Source: Blastocystis sp. ATCC 50177/Nand II
Taxonomy: Eukaryota
Direction of reading: 5' to 3'
Length of the DNA stretch: 64,000 nt
NCBI GenBank assembly: GCA_039096935.1
Contig: JBBPEE010000035.1
Coordinates: 310,001 to 374,000 of the forward strand
The notes under the pieces were generated by a model, which saw only the letters and a program-made list of their open reading frames with translations, did no database searches and was not told the DNA's origin. The position numbers and the translations under genes are program-made. The number at the start of each line of letters is the position of its first letter. The stretch's first letter is position 1. Positions 61,032 to 64,000 of the stretch are shown here, one piece after another.

Positions 61032-61114
61032 CGTCAGCTGCAGGGTTTGAACCTGCGCGGGGAGACCCCATCAGATTTCAAGTCTGACGCCTTAGACCAC
61101 TCGGCCAAACTGAC
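61032..61114 (-). tRNA. tRNA-Ser(TGA)
   Basis: GTCAGTT/AGCTGAC acceptor stem, TCAGA-CTTGAAA-TCTGA, long variable arm, G discriminator, T-run after. Confidence 0.95.
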
Positions 61115-61176
61115 TCAGATTGTTGTCGGTTAATCGCTATATGATGATGACCTGACAACACGCACAGGGGCACAAA

Positions 61177-64000
61177 ATGGCGCCGAAGGTCTCGAAGATC
61201 AAATGGTCGAACTCCTTCCCGGGGATTATCTCCATTGTCTATGCGGAGTATCCCACGCTGGTGTTGTAATCGGCGACATGGTGGTTTCAGGGCGCTAGCT
61301 TGTACGACTCTTCGCTCCTGACGACGCCTGGAAAGTTTTATGAGATGGATCCGAATCGAGAGCACGGCTCCGTCCAGTACTTCAATGACGCGATTGCCTG
61401 CATGGATTGGGGTTACAACAAGTGCGAAAACTGCTTGGCACTCGGTTTCGCAAACGGTTTGTCTCTTCCGCGTTGTTTATGTGTAGGGGACGTGATTGTG
61501 CGGTTGTGCAAGGGTGGCATTTTCAAGGAGGAGGTGTACAAGAAGATACACGACTCGCAATCCCAGAGTTGTATCTGCTTGAGCTGGAGAGCCGTCCAGA
61601 ACCACGTCATGTCTCTTTCCGGTGTTCACGTGTAGGTTGCCGTCGGTTATGTGAAGGACGAGAACAACTACTGCATCGACATCCACGACGTGAGCAACCA
61701 CTCTCTCGTGATTCCGTTTCCCTTCTTCCCATCGTTTACAGTTAGTACGATTGCCTGCTCGCGTGTTATCATCACGCTTCACTGGGTGGAGAGGAAATCG
61801 GCGAAGGACCGCGACAGAAATGCAGCTCCTTCTCGCACGCAATCCAAGCACTACAACTACATGGTATTGGGTGGGTCAAAGGAGCGAATCGAGGATACGC
61901 CGGATCTGCTCCTCGTGGGCTATGAAAACTACATTCAAGTGATGGCCATCCAGTACGTGCTCTCTTCTTCTCTTATCACCCAGGTCGTCTTCGCATCAGA
62001 TTCTCTACTCCGTTGCGATGCCCTACTGCCGACTGGCGACGATCAACTCACAGCTCGCTGTGGTGTGCGAGTACAAGTCGCTCTCCCCCTCGTTCATCCC
62101 CGACTCCGCCACTCGCCAACATGTCGACATTGAGTACGAAACGCCCTTTCTTCCTCCTCCCAAATCTCCACGCGGGGTGTCCTTCGACTTCCGCGACGCC
62201 TCGTTCATGTCCAAGAAGAAGGAAAATGACAGCAGCGCTGCGAAAGCCAAGGAGGTGGGGGCCCCTAGTTTTGGCAAGAACGCGTTTGTGTACGACATCG
62301 ACTATTCGGGGAAACTCGAAATGAAACTGTCGTTTCTCCACACGATGTCCTCAATTCTGAAGGTTCTCGAAGCGTTGTTCTCTGAATCGTAGTTGAGTTG
62401 GTTCTCGAAGCAAGAGCTGTTTATCGCGGATTCCCGCGGTTACGTCATCGTGAACACGTGGACGGGCGAGGTGTTGCGCTATGTGTTCCCCAATCATGAT
62501 TCGCGCGTGATTCAGTGCGCGATCGACAAACTGGAGCATCCAATCATCACACGCGTCATCGTGTACATGGAGAATAAGTCCCTGTTTTGGGACACGATCG
62601 TGCCGGTGTTGTACCGTTGCATGAACTTCGCGAACAATCATCTGTTGTGGTGGTGGGTGCGTGGGCGTGTGAGGCGTAGCGTCTCGAAGGACACGACGTC
62701 GTTTGACTGGGAAGACACTCGCGCGCTGGTGGGCGACGACGTGTTTGACGTGGTGCTGAAGCGCTCCGGTCAGTCCTATGGAAGAGACGTGAGAGAAAGG
62801 GGGGCGTTTCACCCAAAGGTTGCCACCACCGTGCAGGTGTGCGCGGAGGAGTTTTTCGCCTCGCGCACCAACACCCACACCGATCTCTTCTTCTTCTGGC
62901 GAGCGTTCCTCCTCCTCAGCCAGCTGGAGGACGAGGAGAACGCCATTCCCACAGTTGCCTCCATGGGGTCCCAACTCCACACGCTGCGACGCGTGGCGAG
63001 AGAAAGCCCATGGATTCAGAAGGGCATCATCGAAGTGCTCGGCACCTGTTCCACCGGAAACAGGGGTATTTTTGGAGTGCGAAAATCAGGGGTAGAAGAG
63101 AAGTGTGGGCGCATTCGCGTGTACATGCAGGAAAAGAAGGAGCGACTGGTGAAGAAGATGCTGGAGGCATACAACGGCTTTGCTGAAATGAGGGAGAAAA
63201 TGATGGACGGTCAGCATGGCGGAAATAGTCCCGATTTCCGCCATGTGTTGATTCTGGTCGTGCAGTGCAAGTTTGAGGAGGCGATCATGTTCATCAACAA
63301 AGTGGCTTCCTCGATGACCCCCGAAGTGAGGGACCCCAAAGCCACGAGCGAGATCGACCGGTTGTTGGTGATTTGCAACATTCTCACGAGCATTTCTTCC
63401 AAGGGGGATTTGAAACTGATCGAGAGCAACATCATGTTCCAGCTGAACTATTACATGTGGCCCCCTGTTTTTGAGTTCACGAGTAGCAAGGAAGTCACGC
63501 CGATCATGTTCAAAATCCTCCATTTTTTGCTCATGTACATCCGATACAACGCAGACATAAATTACACCCGAATTCGGGAGCAGAACGATCACGCCATCAT
63601 CGAATACCTCGAAGTGACAAACACGGGCTGTTTTATGGCGTTCGAGGACCTGTTGGTGGTGCTTCGCTATCTCTCCTTCGCTACCATGATGGAATACCGT
63701 CGTTCTGGGCTGGTGGGTTGATGACTAGTAAAGGAGCTGGGAAGGAAGTGCGTGTGCGAGGGCTATCTGGTGGGTCTGGTGCTGAAGGGCATGGGCTCGT
63801 CGTCGATTCAGCAGTTGTTGCAAGTAGCGTCGTGTGGCGAGTGAGAGCGTAGCACTTCGTGAACCGGACGAGCGACGTGCAAACGGTGTCGGTGCTGGCG
63901 CTGTACAACTATAACGTGTACAAGGAGAGTGAGCTGTGGATAAAGAAGTGCCGATTTCTGTCGTGCGTGAGGCATAGTTATCTCGACCTGCTGAGTCAAG
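61177..64000 (+). CDS. MIOS: GATOR2/SEACAT subunit MIOS/Sea4-like, 3'-partial
   Basis: WD40-like N-terminus; EGYLVGLVLKG..HFVNRTSDVQTVS..WIKK.YLDLL resembles MIOS GILLTG..YVDRTGDVQTAS..WIENYRNLL. Confidence 0.65.

Overview
Gene-dense, GC-rich eukaryotic nuclear DNA. Introns are very short (~30 nt, GT-AG with occasional GC-AG), intergenic spaces are tiny, and a recurring TGTTTGTT element lies just past gene ends. Several genes have no usable genomic stop but carry an in-frame T exactly 4 nt upstream of that element, so their UAA would be made by polyadenylation. Together these are hallmarks of Blastocystis (inference). About 25 protein genes are recognisable: GPR137/TOM1-like, V-ATPase c, FAIM-like, TMEM131-like, PUF6/PUM3, TRM6, FHA-UBZ-SLX4-like, HIRIP3-like, two Cys-rich paralogs, a TenA-(HAD)-ThiD fusion, GILT, two He_PIG surface proteins, GT49, MRS2, PEPCK, XRN1, two kinases, RPL23, COG7, a GOLD protein, INO1, RNFT-like and MIOS. 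There are also two tRNAs. The most notable element is the apparently ORF-less gap at ~9.99-11.58 kb. It holds a minus-strand spliced host transcript with tiny exons and three unusually long GTAAG introns, each packed with several C/D and H/ACA snoRNAs. These include a U17/snR30 orthologue, a U15-like dual guide, SNORA70- and SNORA66/60-like guides, and a duplicated C/D RNA with compensatory base changes. Gene models were spliced by eye, and rRNA targets come from recalled conserved rRNA sequence, not from a search.
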